Program-made: the position numbers and the translations under genes
DNA from: Botryllus schlosseri
Lineage: Eukaryota
Direction: 5' to 3'
Assembly (NCBI GenBank): GCA_051294905.1
Contig: CM119372.1
Location: 36,148,001-36,212,000, forward strand
DNA: 64,000 nt
Notes under the pieces: model-generated
What the model was told of the DNA's origin: nothing
What the model saw: the letters and a program-made list of their open reading frames with translations, nothing else
Databases searched by the model: none
In this document: positions 25,246 to 38,691 of the stretch, one piece after another
Layout of the letters: each line of letters begins with the position of its first letter
How positions within the stretch are numbered: the stretch's first letter is position 1

Positions 25246-26271
25246 ATGGATTTATGGAAAGCGGAATTCCGTCCTAAACATACAAACATTGCCATCGGAT
25301 GCGACTGTGCACTGCTTCCAATCACCGTCTATCTCTCTTCCGTTCACTGGATTTATATTCATCGCAAACGCGACCACCAGGACTGCTGTGCGATTTCGCG
25401 AAAGCTCACACAAAGTATTCTCCTCGCGGTCAGCTGCACATTCATTGTTGCCTCGTTGATTTTAGATATTATTGTTATGGTATATTGGAGAAAGTGCTTC
25501 CGATACGAGCAGCCGCATATTTCGTCGAATTTTAGCAACAGCAGTGAAGAACCGTATGACTGTTGTTTCGCCCGGAATATTGAGCCAATCTTATCGTCGT
25601 GTATCATAGTTGTTTTTGCAACGGTACCAATTTTGTTACACATCGTTACGTGGATAAGGCAGAGGGAAATCTATCGGAATTCGTTCTTGTCTCATCTGTC
25701 AAATCACATTTCGAGATTCGTCAGTAAATACTTGTTTATTTACATTTTGGTGATACTCGTCGTTGCGTTATCGCTCATTCACTGCAGTAACAGACTTGTG
25801 CCGATCATGTTACCTGCATGGGCGATTCAGTGTCCGCTGTTTATTCTGGCCATCTATCCATTGGGTAAGGCAACCTGTATCAACCGGACATTGAACTTGA
25901 GAACCAATCTCAAATACGTTCGACTTATAAAAAGAATCACCATCGTGACTGCGATATGCTTGTTGTCAGATACAGCGGTGGCGATATATATGGAACGCTT
26001 CAGCTCTCCGGAATTTTGGCCCCTCGCCTTCCATTTGAATCTGATCGTCTATCTGATTTGTGTGAATTTAATCTCGAGCGATTGGAAATTCAGGCTTGCA
26101 CCCTGGGCATGCTGCTCACAACAGAGAAGGGAGAGACTATCGCACGTCCAGAGTGCATTTTCCTTACGAACAGCGATGTCTGCAGTAGAACAACCAACGG
26201 AGATTGTGCGCAACGGCGGTGCTAAACTAGCCAACGAACTAGCAAAGAATCAACCTAAAGGACTAATATAG
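25246..26271 (+). CDS. Orphan 7TM (GPCR-like) membrane protein, paralogue 3, 341 aa
   Basis: Same motif set (WIRQREIY, FLSHLSN, IQCPLFILAIYPL, CLLSD, NLISSDWKFRLAP). By eye closest to paralogue 4. Confidence 0.9.
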   Translation: MDLWKAEFRPKHTNIAIGCDCALLPITVYLSSVHWIYIHRKRDHQDCCAISRKLTQSILLAVSCTFIVASLILDIIVMVYWRKCFRYEQPHISSNFSNSSEEPYDCCFARNIEPILSSCIIVVFATVPILLHIVTWIRQREIYRNSFLSHLSNHISRFVSKYLFIYILVILVVALSLIHCSNRLVPIMLPAWAIQCPLFILAIYPLGKATCINRTLNLRTNLKYVRLIKRITIVTAICLLSDTAVAIYMERFSSPEFWPLAFHLNLIVYLICVNLISSDWKFRLAPWACCSQQRRERLSHVQSAFSLRTAMSAVEQPTEIVRNGGAKLANELAKNQPKGLI

Positions 26272-27284
26272 AAGAAGAAGATTATTATTAGTAATAGTAG
26301 GATTGTAAAAGTAGTAGTGACGCTTATTACTGTGGTAAGTTTTTGTGAGACAGCTGCATTTAATTTTAACACAAAAGTTGCAGTAAAAAGTGATTTTAAC
26401 AAAATCTATTAAAATGGGACTTTCGGCAGATTCGCCTGGGCGTCCGTGAAATGGCAAACTACCTCGAATTTATACGACAGAATTATCAAAGCGATCTATT
26501 TACATTTTACATTTTGTTCGTGAACGGCCGTGCTTGACGTTCTAGCTGGCAAGCCATTCCATCATAGTTAACATTGAAAATGCCGCTAATCCATCATATC
26601 TATAGCTCTTTGTTATGCGAATCTAAGAGAATAGAACAATACTAGAAATGGTTTATAGCATGTTTTTTCAATCACTCCTCTACATTTTGCGCAATATTTT
26701 AGAAAAGCTGCAGTGAAAATTTGCTTGATAAATAGAAAAAATCTGCACTATAAATTTCCTACAAACAGCTTAAAACATCTTAGTACCTAAATTATGAGTA
26801 TCTATGAAGCTGCCGGAAGCCGTAAAAAAGTTGCAGAAGTGGCAAAAACTTGCCTTATAATTTTTACCCAGCATAAAGGAATGGTCGGTCACGGTCTCTA
26901 ATTACTTTCTGTTGATCTTTTTTCGGATAAAAAGAATCAAAATTAAAGCAATCTACATGACATAATTTCACGAACTCGGCAACTGGGGTTAATAGCTCAT
27001 GTATCGTAAGAATATGATCTAACGCAGGGCTCTTCAACCGGATGTATCGTACACCCTAGCTAGGTTGTACCATAATTTTTAAAGGGTGTACTGGGGTGTA
27101 CCAGATCCGCATTACAATGGACCGATGACTTGCTATCACAATAAATAGGCAAATTTATGCTTCAGAACAGGTCAACCGGGTGTGCAATACTGTACAATGT
27201 TCATATGGAATGTATACAGCTTGTAAATTACATTCCATTCCATTTCTGATGTCATGATTAAGCCGTCGGTAATGGACTTATTGG

Positions 27285-28809
27285 TAGAGATGGTGTGAAC
27301 CTTTGAAAGATTCAGGTTCGTGTGAACGTGAACCTTTTTGAAAGGTTCTGTATGAACGCGAACGTGAACCTCATGACGTCATACTGCTAATTCCAACCCT
27401 ACATTTCGGTGAAGTGATAGCCTATAATAATGCACACGATACCTTGCGACGACTCGGGCCTCATAATGTAGGCTTACCATATTTTGGAAATCTAAAAAGA
27501 GGACACTTTTTCATAAATTTCCAACTTTCAAAATCGGAGTAGAATTCTCAAAAAACGGTTAATTTTTCCCACTTTGTGACTGGTTAACTAAAAAAAAAAA
27601 AAAAAAAAAAAGGTCATCTCTTCCGCTCAGAACTCAAAATACCGTTTTTCTCCCCACATTGCCAGGTGGATGACTGAAAAAAAAAGGTCATCTTTTCCGC
27701 TCAGATCTCAAAATAACGTTTTTTACTCCACATCGCCAGGTGGATGACTAAAAAAAAAAAAAAAAAAAAGGTCATCTTTTCGCTCAGAGCTAAAATCACC
27801 GTTTTTCACCCGTCGGAGCTTCACGTCTGTGCTAATATGTGGCATATCACTCGCAATTTGCTCTAAATCTGCTCTAAATCCTAAAAAAGAGGACAAAATC
27901 TCAAAAAAGAGGACAAAAGGCCGTCCTCCGAGGACACTTTCAAAAAAGTCAAAAAAGAGGACAAATCCTCTTAAAAGAGGACGTATGGTAAGCCTATCAT
28001 AATGCCACAATGCTGAAGTACATATTGACGTTTTAAACGTCACCAAATGTATCTACTCGGGCAATAAAATGATATAATAATCTCATAGAATCCATATCTC
28101 CCGTCACTTTACCAAAAATTTCGACGGGGACTTGTAAGGGAATATGAGTTTACGCCTTGACGGTCTACGCCAGACCGGACAATGTATTCGGCGTCTGAGT
28201 ATTGCTGCGTTGATATTTAGCAGAGTGTAGAAACGGGTTTCTATACTTGCTACCGATCGATATTACCCCGTTAGCAAGTTATACAGTAGTAGCAAACACC
28301 CAAAAGGCACGGATTTGGTTTTTATGATACAGCGAAAATATGAAGTCAAGATTGGCCTCGTACGCCTGCTACATTTTTTACATCAAACAACGAGGTCAAT
28401 CTCATTGATCGGTTGAACAACCAACATTCTCTGACTACATGTAGTGTATTTCGTTCTTGATGTTGTGTGATTGTGGGTCAAGCTCTCAGCGGAGAGTCAC
28501 TACATATTTACAAACGGAAAGCAGGATATTTGGAGCAAAATTTTGTAATAAAGCAAGTAACATTTTCGAGACTGTCAAGGTGCATGCTCGTTTAGTATTT
28601 TTTTTATCTGCCAGCGCTGTGCATTGGGTGGCCAGCAGTTCAAATGCAATACATTCCAACCAAAGAAGTTAAAATGAAGTGAAAATTGTAATATATGAAA
28701 AAGGTTCACAGTGCAGAACCTACCAAGATTCTTTGTGAACGTGAACCTCTAAATTTCTGAGGTTCACACGCAGAACGCGAACGTGAACCTCACGTTCACA
28801 CTATCCCTT
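27285..28809. mobile_element. hAT MITE with GTGAAC repeats
   Basis: TIR tagagatggtgtgaac / gttcacactatccctt; perfect 8-bp TSD cttattgg. Confidence 0.88.
27469..27996. mobile_element. hAT MITE with AGAGGAC repeats nested in the previous element
   Basis: TIR taggcttaccata / tatggtaagccta; perfect TSD tcataatg; second copy at 40128-41465. Confidence 0.9.
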
Positions 28810-29483
28810 CTTATTGGTTTCTTTTGGAGCAGAACAGGGTGTAGTTGGCATGTTTTAAGGTTGCGATATATGTCTATACCGATTCTCAAGGAATTACCAA
28901 GTTGGAATCGTGCGCGTCTCACGAATAAAGGTTTTTCTGGTTCGTTTGGGCGGTTCCAATATATTTCGACTCTACCTACAATCCTGATGGGACGTTAAGA
29001 AAGACCAACATGCCACAAACTGATCAATAAAACGGAAGGTGCATCATCATTAATTCTGAGCCAAAATTATCCGAAGACGGTCCCCGCATCATCTCAAACG
29101 GTAAATCTGATCACGTCGGTGAAATCACAAAATTCACGAAATTCATTCAAGAGGTTGGTTCGACTAGCTAGACAGCTAATCCCAATACCGTTTTCTAACA
29201 TTTATGCTGTCGACTTTGGTGCACATAGAGTAAGTCTGCTTGGGTGTTCTGCTTCTGCAATTACAAAGTTTTATACGCAAGATATATCTCAAGAAATCAG
29301 TGATGACAGGAAATATCACACGGGCTCTCCACTGCCAAAAGTTGCCAGTATAGCCAATTTCACATAGGCCTACAAGAGTATTTATCGTCCAGATGGGCCA
29401 TGACGACTCTCTGCTGGAATTCGGCCGTATGCTATATATGGAATCGAAATGTGGCTTACTAATAATTTATCATGGGTGGATAC

Positions 29484-30777
29484 CAGAGGTGGTCAGTAAC
29501 GAAGTACTTCTACTTTTTCGAAGTACTCAAGTAGTTTTCCTCTACTTCTGGTACTTACTCAAGTAGATCTGATTTAAGCTACCTCTACTTCTACTTCGTA
29601 ATATTTTGTGATCTACTTACTTACTTTTCGCTATTTTCAGTTTTTTAAGTAGAAGTAGTTCAATCTTCTAATCAGGAAGATAGCCTGAGGAATTTCGGGG
29701 CTGTTTTAACGGAGTATCAACATTTAATTTTCATTAAAGTTTAGTAAAGCCTAGGATTTTCGTCGCGCTTCGCGCGCAGTGGATGGAGTGACCAATATGA
29801 TTTCACGAAAGTATCGGTGAATATGATTCTGGTAGAGGGTTGGCGTTGTTCCGTTCACACCATATTCTCGCCATTCACCCATATCAAATAAATCGTCACA
29901 GTATACATGGCTCATCATAACGTTTGAAACTGATGTTTCGCAATCTAGCATTTACTTGTCATATCGTTATCTAGCATGTTCATGGCGTATCCAAATCTGG
30001 AAAAGTGGACTCTGACTTTTTTTTAGTTTTAGAGCTGTTTTAGCATACCACCTTTGAAACTTTCTGGACTAAAAACATGAAGTACATGTTCTGCTTTTAG
30101 AAGTAGCATTTATATTTCACTTTCAATTCCAAGTATCATATACTTTAAGTTATAATTATTATCAGTTCTTTTGTCTGGATAACATACATGTTGAAGTATA
30201 AAAGCAAGTGTAGTAATGCCTTTAATTTTTAGAAATAAAGCTACGCAATATGGCATTTTTACGGTCCACCATATTTTTTATTAACGTTTACTAATCGCGC
30301 AAAGTGTTTACACCGTATCCTATACAACTTCTCCGTATTGCTCTTCGACTAAACTACGGGCCTTATAATATGGGGAATGGCGTCATATCATGCTATTTTG
30401 TAAAACGAGCTGTTCGAGAACACAGAGGATTAGCATCGCATTTCCATATCAATACTATCATTTTCATCCCATGATGTGGACGAATACATATGCTATCGAG
30501 AATTGGATACCTGCTGGTATGCATCAATATGAATCAAGCTCGTCACCTATCGCATAGCTCAATTTGCACCTTTTTACAATCCATGTGAACGAATTATGAT
30601 CGTTTTCATAACTACTTACTTACTTGAGTACTTTTCATGTCAGTCAATTTTACTTCTACTTCAAGTAGTTTTAGGTTGCTTATGGAAGAAGTACTTCTAC
30701 TCGTACTTGGTAGATTTTTTTCGTCGCTACTTCTACTTCTACTTGAGTAGATTTCTTGACTACTTTGACCACCTCTG
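29484..30777. mobile_element. hAT-like element with AGTA/TACT repeats
   Basis: TIR cagaggtggtca / tgaccacctctg; degenerate TSD gtggatac / gaggagac; expanded copy at 52661-57016. Confidence 0.82.
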
Positions 30778-31219
30778 GAGGAGACGACATGGACAAAGCG
30801 ATAACAAAAACAAAAAACGTTGGCAAATTCATGCACGTAGATGGGCTCGCACATCGTCAGGTCGTCCAATAGCGATGGTATACGCTATTTGTAGGGATTA
30901 CGTAGGACGCGCGCACCTGCATAAGCTTAGAATTCGTTACAAACGGCAATAAATAAATTTTACTTCGTTACGAAAATTAATAGCTTACTACATTTTGAGA
31001 GCCACATTTCCTTGAGCATACATTTTAGCCATAATCTCCGGCATATTAACTTAATTTTTAAATTGAAAGCCGTGAATTGCAGCTAAGTGGATGTGTTGAT
31101 ATTAGGCAATGAGAAGATGACGGTAAATGAGCAAAAATATTATCTATTTGCAGACATAATATGAAACAATGTTAAACGCGCGTGATACATTGTTAAATCT
31201 CTTTAAACCCCTATATACG

Positions 31220-31440
31220 TGTTGCAAAAACAAAGCACCCAACTACAAACAGTTATTTTGGAAATTGGTATCTGCATATGGAAAACTTGCAGCAAACATG
31301 AGCATCAGAGTTCACCTCCTGTTCAGTCATCGTGATGTATATCTTGGCCATCTTGATAATTAGAGTAAAGAATGGTTCCTCAAAGACATCAAAACAACAA
31401 GAGAAAGATACCAGGGCGGATGAGATGAACATATCATATC
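31220..31440 (+). mobile_element. Chapaev3-type transposase C-terminal remnant
   Basis: NMSIRVHLLFSHRD...FLKDIKTTRERYQG resembles the Chapaev3 NMSxKxHFLxSHxD...FHQDIxxxExRYQG block (recalled consensus). Confidence 0.6.
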
Positions 31441-32774
31441 AGTAGGAACGTATCAGCCGCACCCCAAACGCAAAATTGGAGGGGCGAGCTTCAAGGGGGT
31501 TCAAAGTTAATTCGTGAATTAGCATCAATTACAGCGTATTTTTTTGGAAATCTATGCAAGTTGCTAAAAAGATCTAGGCACCTTCAAACGGACAATTCGA
31601 TCCTTTTGAATAAAACATACTCTGAAATACATTGAATACCTTTATTTGATGTTGCTGCTAGGGCGACATCCAAACTAGGAGATTGACTCGTAGGCACATT
31701 TTTCAGTTTAAGACTCCTGGCCTACATGATCAGATTTACTGGTAGAAATAATGGATATGATGACACCGACAATTTGGGCACGACATGGTACGTACATCTC
31801 AAGCCAACTGCAGTTCTTAGTATATCATCTTTTCAATCAGCGTCGCTTCAACTGAATGTGGAACATCTATGCATTTAATCTTGTACGGACCCTGTGGCCA
31901 ACATTAATGCAAACGGTGAGGATAGATAAGAATGCAACGCCGTAGACATAGGAAATTATGCGCAAAGTATATCATTAATCCAAACTTTTCGCCCTGTTTT
32001 GGTGACAGTAAATTATATCTACTAGCGAATAGCGATCCCGCACAAAGCCAATGATGAAATTATGTATCCGTGACTGCGCCCACCTATTTACACGCTAACA
32101 ATATTTGTTGTATAAATAGACAATGTTATTTGGACGGCAGTCATAGGCATGTCCAAGCTGTTTTATCTGTTCATTCGCAACTAATGAAATTATAACCATA
32201 TAGAAATGGAAAGAAAAAGGAAATTTCAAATAGATAAAGGATTGGTATTGACCTATTGCGACTTGAAGATTCAGACTGCTCCGCGGACTAGAGCATGTAA
32301 ATATTTGAAAGTTGACTTGAAAGAATATCCCTAGTCACGGGTCATTCAACATTTCGCATGTGGCGAGTCCGAGAGAATTCAAGCCAGTTCAGTGCAATTA
32401 CTCGAATCATCCGAACACTGCTACATAGTGACTTGCATCAGTGCCGCAAACAATACCATTATGGAGATGACGTGTATTGAAGGGGTTTTCATGAATATGG
32501 ATTTGGTTTCATGAATAATGTGACGCGTGTAATCAGCTGCAGTAAGCAGATTATTGGATCTTAAGCCGTTGGGCCTGATGTTGTGGGGTTGAAAAGAATG
32601 AGAGACTAGCAATTCCATAGCAGGTTTATGCGCGATGGGCATGCGGGCAATCGGATGATGATCCTGGTCAGGGGTGTGATTTGTTTGGAAAGCGTAATAC
32701 TTGCAGAACAAAAATTATATAGCAAGAAGGCTCTCCTAACTATGCAGATTATCTGCTGTTGGTTAAGAAACCAT

Positions 32775-35700
32775 TCCCAACCTGGAAAACAAACGTTGAA
32801 ATCACCACATTTCCAAATCTTCTGAAATTTAGTACATGCATAGATAAATAAATTTGGAACACAATAAAGTTTATTTGAGGAAAATTGTCAAGTTTCAACA
32901 ACCTATTTGAAACCAAGAGCTGTTCCTTGGGTATATATTATTGAGAATAGCTACCCATATCTCCCGCCGTTTACCCGTCCGTTCCTAAATTTCTCAACTT
33001 TGACATTCAGAGTTATATTTTTCAGCAGAAATTACCGATAGTACTCTGAATGTCAAAGTAAGAAAATTAAACATCGGTGCGGGTTAACGACGGGAGTAAC
33101 GGGTAACCCAGCGGAGATGCCAACTCAAAACCGGTCGCGGGCCACTTTTCGAAATTCGTAGAGGCCGCAGGCTTCAATATCGAGATAAAAATAAGCAACG
33201 CAGTTCAACAACAGTGTTTGGATAACTCTACGTCAGTACAACGCTGTGATAACATGGGCGACGGGCATAGTCACGACAGACGAAATGATATGTTATTGAA
33301 GAAATACCAATACAACAAAAATTATGATCATCACTTTCATTCTATTTTGAACTATGAGCTGCGCACGATACCTGACAGAACTGTCGAGCAACTAAAGCAT
33401 GGATGGCCAAACTTTTTGCTATTCCAATTACTTATGTATAGTCTGGCAGCCTTCTCATGCATAGTCGTAACGAACTAACTGACGACCAAATACCCACGTT
33501 GAACGGTCCATGTCGATAATTGCCCATTGCCAGTGAACTCCAGACTAATCCAATAAATTTCCTTACTTTGACATTCAGAGCACTATCGGTAGAGTTTCTG
33601 CTCTATATTTAAAAAAATAATATAACTTTAAATGTCAAAGTTAGAAAATTTATTAACGGACGGGTAAACGGTGGAAGTAATGGGTAGCTATTCTCATTAA
33701 TATATAGGCCTACCCAAAGAACAGCTTTTAATTGCAAATAGGTTGTTGGAAATTGACATGTAGGCTAGTCTTCAGGGGTAGTGATGAATATAAGTTGAGC
33801 TTAACAAGGTGTTTTGAGTCAAAAAAGTATGGGAACCATCGGTATACCATATTTCAAACTTGAGCATATCCATGTACAAATGCAGTGTACTCTTGAGACT
33901 GCAATTTCACCACTTTACAGTCGAAAAACCAAACTGAAAAAGCTATGGAAAATTGTCTTAGTAACCAGATTTCATATCATACCCTACTTGCTTGAATATT
34001 TTTATAAGGTATTGCTCAATTCGCATTCTAAAATGTTTAACGCTTGACCGATTTCAGACCATCGATCAAGTTTCGCCTCAATTTAACCTTCAACCACTGG
34101 CGTAGCCAGAGATGGGCGAAAGGGGCGATCGCCCCCCCCCCCCCAAATTTTTGGAAAATTTTCGTGAAATCAATAGATATATTAGAGTATTTTGGGCAGA
34201 TGAATGCAACCTAAAATTTTTCTTCGCGCTTCGCGCGATTTAGTGTCCGTATATGTCTTGATTGCGTTATCGTTATCCCGAAAGAAATTTCTTCTGCAAA
34301 TACCAAATACCTATAATTAGATTTAGCTGCATCTTCAATCAGGGATATCTAGAACTAGTAGTTCTAGATATCCCTGTCTTCAATTATGAGAATACAACAG
34401 TACAAGCAGATACACTAGAGTAGCCAGAGGTCGTTGGGTTGATTGAGTCCAGGGTTGTCAGTTCAGTATGGGAGTTGGGGAATGTTAGTTCCGGCAATTT
34501 CCGTTCCGGGACACACGAAGACATGTAAAGTAGGCCACACGCGCTTCCGCAAAGTGACGGTCATAAAACCGACGCATGTATTCAGAAGCCCAAGGTATAT
34601 ATTTTCGGGTGCTTAAATGGCTGGCGCCTAATCATCCTGTCCCTGCAATTAGACCCCTCCGACATTAATGCGACTGGCACAGGAAAATATCACCACCCCG
34701 TTAAAAAGTGCTAATTTGAAATCGCACGAGTCTGATCAAAGGAGTTTTTTTAATTGGTCTGGTATGTATCAGCGATTCCAATCTTGAAAGTAGCGCCAAT
34801 CTTTACCAGGGGTTACTAAATAACCGTGCTTCAACGAAGTAAAGTAATAACGATGGACGCCACTTGCTGCTCATATACACGCTCCAATATTATTGATCAA
34901 ATTCTTCCATTTATTGAAAACAATTTCCGCTCCGCGCGACTAGGCCCGAAATTCACACTGATTGTTCGTCACCTAGTGTCAGCGATTTGGGCTCGTCCGT
35001 GAAACGAGCGCCCAATAAGCTATAGTTGGCAACAGGGAGCTTCCATAGGGTATGTGTGTGTGTGTGTGTGTGTGTGTGTTCGTCTAAGAATCGTATGTAT
35101 AAAGGGTAGTGATGAAATTGCCCATGCAAGGATATACAGTTCTGCGAGGTGTTCCCACAGGAGAGCTTCGCTAAACTGCCCCCTCCAAAAAAAAAAAGTT
35201 TTTTCTGGCTACAACCTTGCATATGAGCGATCTTTTGAGTGATGACTGCTTTCTCCGTAAGTCATGAAGTAACAGCAATAAATGAAAATAAGATGAATGA
35301 AGGGGGGCACGAAGCTTCGGTCAACTGAAAAAAAAATTCGCGCTCGGCGCGATTTATCTCCGATTCGTGGTTATTGCTATGTGTATAGTCCGAATTTCAA
35401 ATTTATGAATTCTCTCATCAACAGTCATATAACCTTCCATGCCATCAAACAATCCGTCGGGATTGCTCGCATTCTTGTTGCATTTTGTGATATGACGATA
35501 AGGGGGACGCGAAATTTTCCACTGTCATAAAGGGGGGCGTGTCGAAAAAAGAAACTCATAAATAGTCTTGCCGTGTGGTATGAACATAGTTCAAGATGTA
35601 TATATAATTAAGTGTCCCCTGAATGTTCGATGACACCGCTTCTATTAGCCATACCGGTAAATCTGAAAAGGAAAACGTATTTGCAATATGCAAGTAACAA

Positions 35701-36261
35701 TCTAATGAACCAATTCCATTCATTAACCATGAAAAATTTTCGCGCTTCGCGCGAAAGTGTTGACGCCTGAGTTTTCCACAATCATTATATTATTACTAGC
35801 ACTTTATGTCTGTGAGTGGAATATATGTGTAACGATCGCCCCAGATGTGTTAATCATCCAATAAGGGCCCTAAGACCATCGTCTTTTACGTATTTTCTCC
35901 TTACCTTTAGGGGAGGGGTTCATTTACGTCATCGAATTTTTCGCCCACCGCATGGCATTTAATACCACATGGCAATATAGACCAATAGACTAGCTACTCA
36001 GAAAACCGAGTGCCAAATCTCAACTTCAATCCAACATCTGTTTACACCTTTTTGAATTTTACATTGATAAACCTGAACGTTGCAGATCTGAAATGAGCAG
36101 AAAATCATCAATATTTCAAAATGACGTAACTTTTGACACCAGAGATCAATTTTCCTCAAAGAAACTTTATTATGTTCGAAATTAACTCATCTATGCATGT
36201 ACCAAATTTCAGAAAATTTAGGAATGTGGTGGTTCCAACTTTTGTTGTCCAGGTTGGGAAT
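32775..36261. mobile_element. Long-TIR element or composite with internal palindromes and nested MITEs
   Basis: 32775-32845 is an imperfect inverted repeat of 36190-36261. About 32884-33020 is inverted at about 33620-33758. Nested hAT MITE at about 34095-35219. Confidence 0.55.
35053..35078. repeat. (TG)n microsatellite
   Basis: Read directly from the sequence. Confidence 0.95.
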
Positions 36262-37694
36262 ATTTTCAGTTCTTTGTTTTCGAGAAGGTATTCGATCTTC
36301 AATTTTCACATCTTGAGAGCTTGCTTCTTTATGCAAGGTGATCAGAAAGCCGGTGTACCCTTGTTCTTTCCCTTTCAGTCAGTGATATCAGTCCACATCT
36401 TTGTGGTGTTCATTGTTCATTATTCATCGATAGCATATTTAAAATTGCTGGAATTTCTTTTCTTCTCTACAGCAGCACTCCTCTTCCAACAGCATTATCT
36501 GGATGGTATAAAATCCTTCACAATATATGATTTGACAGGTTCAAGTAATTGGATCTTGACATTACTTTGCAACAGAGCAGCAGATATTTGTGTTTCTCAC
36601 AAATCATGACATCGAACATTGCCCTGATGCTATCTTTTTGGAGAAAATGCATCTATCTTTATTATGGGTGCGTAAATGTGATGTGCCTCCACACTGCTGA
36701 CTTCTGACACATAACAGATCCAGAGCAGTTACCCTCACAGGTGCGATTGAGCAAGTTAACATTGTTCCATATTCCAGTTTTATTGTCCTTGATATCTTGA
36801 GTTTCGGTTTCTCTTCTGCATCTTCAGCATCTGAATGATTTCGTGCCATGCCATTTCTAAGCAATCCTAAGAAGAAATAAGACATATGTTTTTTATTTAG
36901 GTCCATTGCTGACAATGTTGCTCACATGCTAAATATTGTGGAAGTATAATTCTAGTAGAAAGATAGACTTAATTATTGACTGAAATGTTGCGTGAAGGCT
37001 GTCGAGGCAGTACCGTATATTCAGGGGTCGGCGACCTATGGGCTGCAAGCCACGTATGACTATTTTGGTGATATGGAATACCCCTATTATTCATGCTGCG
37101 GCCCGCGGCGTCATCAAAAACTAGGGAATTGGCTCGCGATGAAATTTTAGTCTAAGAAACCTCATTCAGTTAGACAGCTACATATTTTTAGTTGTACAAA
37201 CAGCTTTGAAAACCCCAATTTGGTGGGACCAAGCACGAAAGAAGCCAAAAATTGTTTCCTAAATCAACAAAAAGTATTGAGTATAGTTTAACAGATTTTT
37301 GTACATTAAAAATGTTCTTCGTGCTTCGCTATACGCCACCTCGAACGCAATAAAATTCTCTTGATTTATTGAATTTGCGAATCACTCTGTAATATTCGTA
37401 TCGACAAAAGCCTTCTTCGCCTTCCATGTCGATTTAGTATCCCTATATGCCACAGACGGGCAACATACGGCCCGCGACGGAATTTTGTCCGGCCGCGCAC
37501 AGTTTTCCGTGAAATTGTGACCTGCGGCCCGAGTCTGCCAAGATTCCCCACTACCTGCTTACGACGTCAAATTTTGGTGACTATATGTTATTATATACGT
37601 GTGTGCGTAGCGAGCGAGAGTGGAGCTTATGCGTAAGTTCGTGGAAGCGAGAAGACTCACATTATCGGCATTTACGATTTACTCAACCCTAATG

Positions 37695-37946
37695 TTGTTT
37701 ATGGTAATCATGGTGTTTATCGACTACAATGGTCATTTACACCAGGCCTATATTTCTTATTTTTGATCCCGTTAGCGCAGTACAATTCTGGGCTTTCCTA
37801 AGACACCGCTTATGCGAATGAGATGGCGAGGAAGAGCCTAGATAAACCTCCAACACAGGAATTCTTGAGTTGACTCCTGCCGGACTCGAACCCTCAACCC
37901 ATTGGTGTTGTAGCTGTGGATTACACCACCATGATATTTCGCCGCC
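37695..37946 (-). mobile_element. tRNA-derived-type SINE, full length
   Basis: B-box GGTTCGAGTCC near the 5' end. 15-bp TSD tactcaaccctaatg (37680-37694, 37947-37961). The empty site is visible in the paralogous host element at about 53065-53080. Confidence 0.85.
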
Positions 37947-38691
37947 TACTCAACCCTAATGAATTGATATCGTGGTCAATTTGGGGTACCGGGCTTATCG
38001 AACGCCTTGAAATCTTAATTAAAGGGGCACTGCACTCTAAAAATGATGTGGTCTGAAATTGAAGAGCAAAAAAAATCGGCCGCAACCTTTTTCTTCAGAA
38101 CGCAACCGTAATGGAGCTGCAACGTATTGAAATTTTCACAGGACCTTCACGCTCCAGCTGCCGCGGCTGCGCGTTAACGTTTCTTAACCCGTTGACTAAA
38201 TTTATGGCGCGGTATCTTCCAGTCACACTTGCTGCACGCGATCAGGCAATCACTTAGACAACAAACTTTAGATAGTTGTCATCCGATATTATGAAGGAAT
38301 TATTTCTTACACGCCAGGGCGGTTTAGTTACGTTAAGTATAGGCGTAAGGTACCGGCGCTTAACGTATTATGTTACGTCAGGAGGATTTGTGTCTGAAGC
38401 TTGTCATGACTCTATAATATTTGTCAGTTGTATTTGCCATTACAGTTGTATGTTGATGCAAAGCTATTCATACAGCTGTAATTTTCAAGCTGTGATTTTT
38501 CAGCGTATTACTGACTGCACAGTGCACAACTTTTAGAGTAGTGGTCTTGCGAAAGAGACAGGCACGGGATATTTTGCATCATTTACCCATGGCATAGCAA
38601 CAATTTTGATACGGTCCAGTTTACTTGTTCAAGACACAGATGCATAGTCAACACGAAAATATCATTATTTTATTATCATCAAAGTTCACAT

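Noticed and set aside
36133..36915. Hydrophobic 158-aa plus-strand ORF and 103-aa minus-strand ORF
   Set aside because: The plus ORF starts inside a TIR and lacks the receptor motifs. The minus strand may be a decayed transposase, but I cannot assign it.
37870..37946. Possible tRNA gene (GGTTCGAGTCC)
   Set aside because: No convincing cloverleaf, and it is the head of a TSD-flanked SINE.
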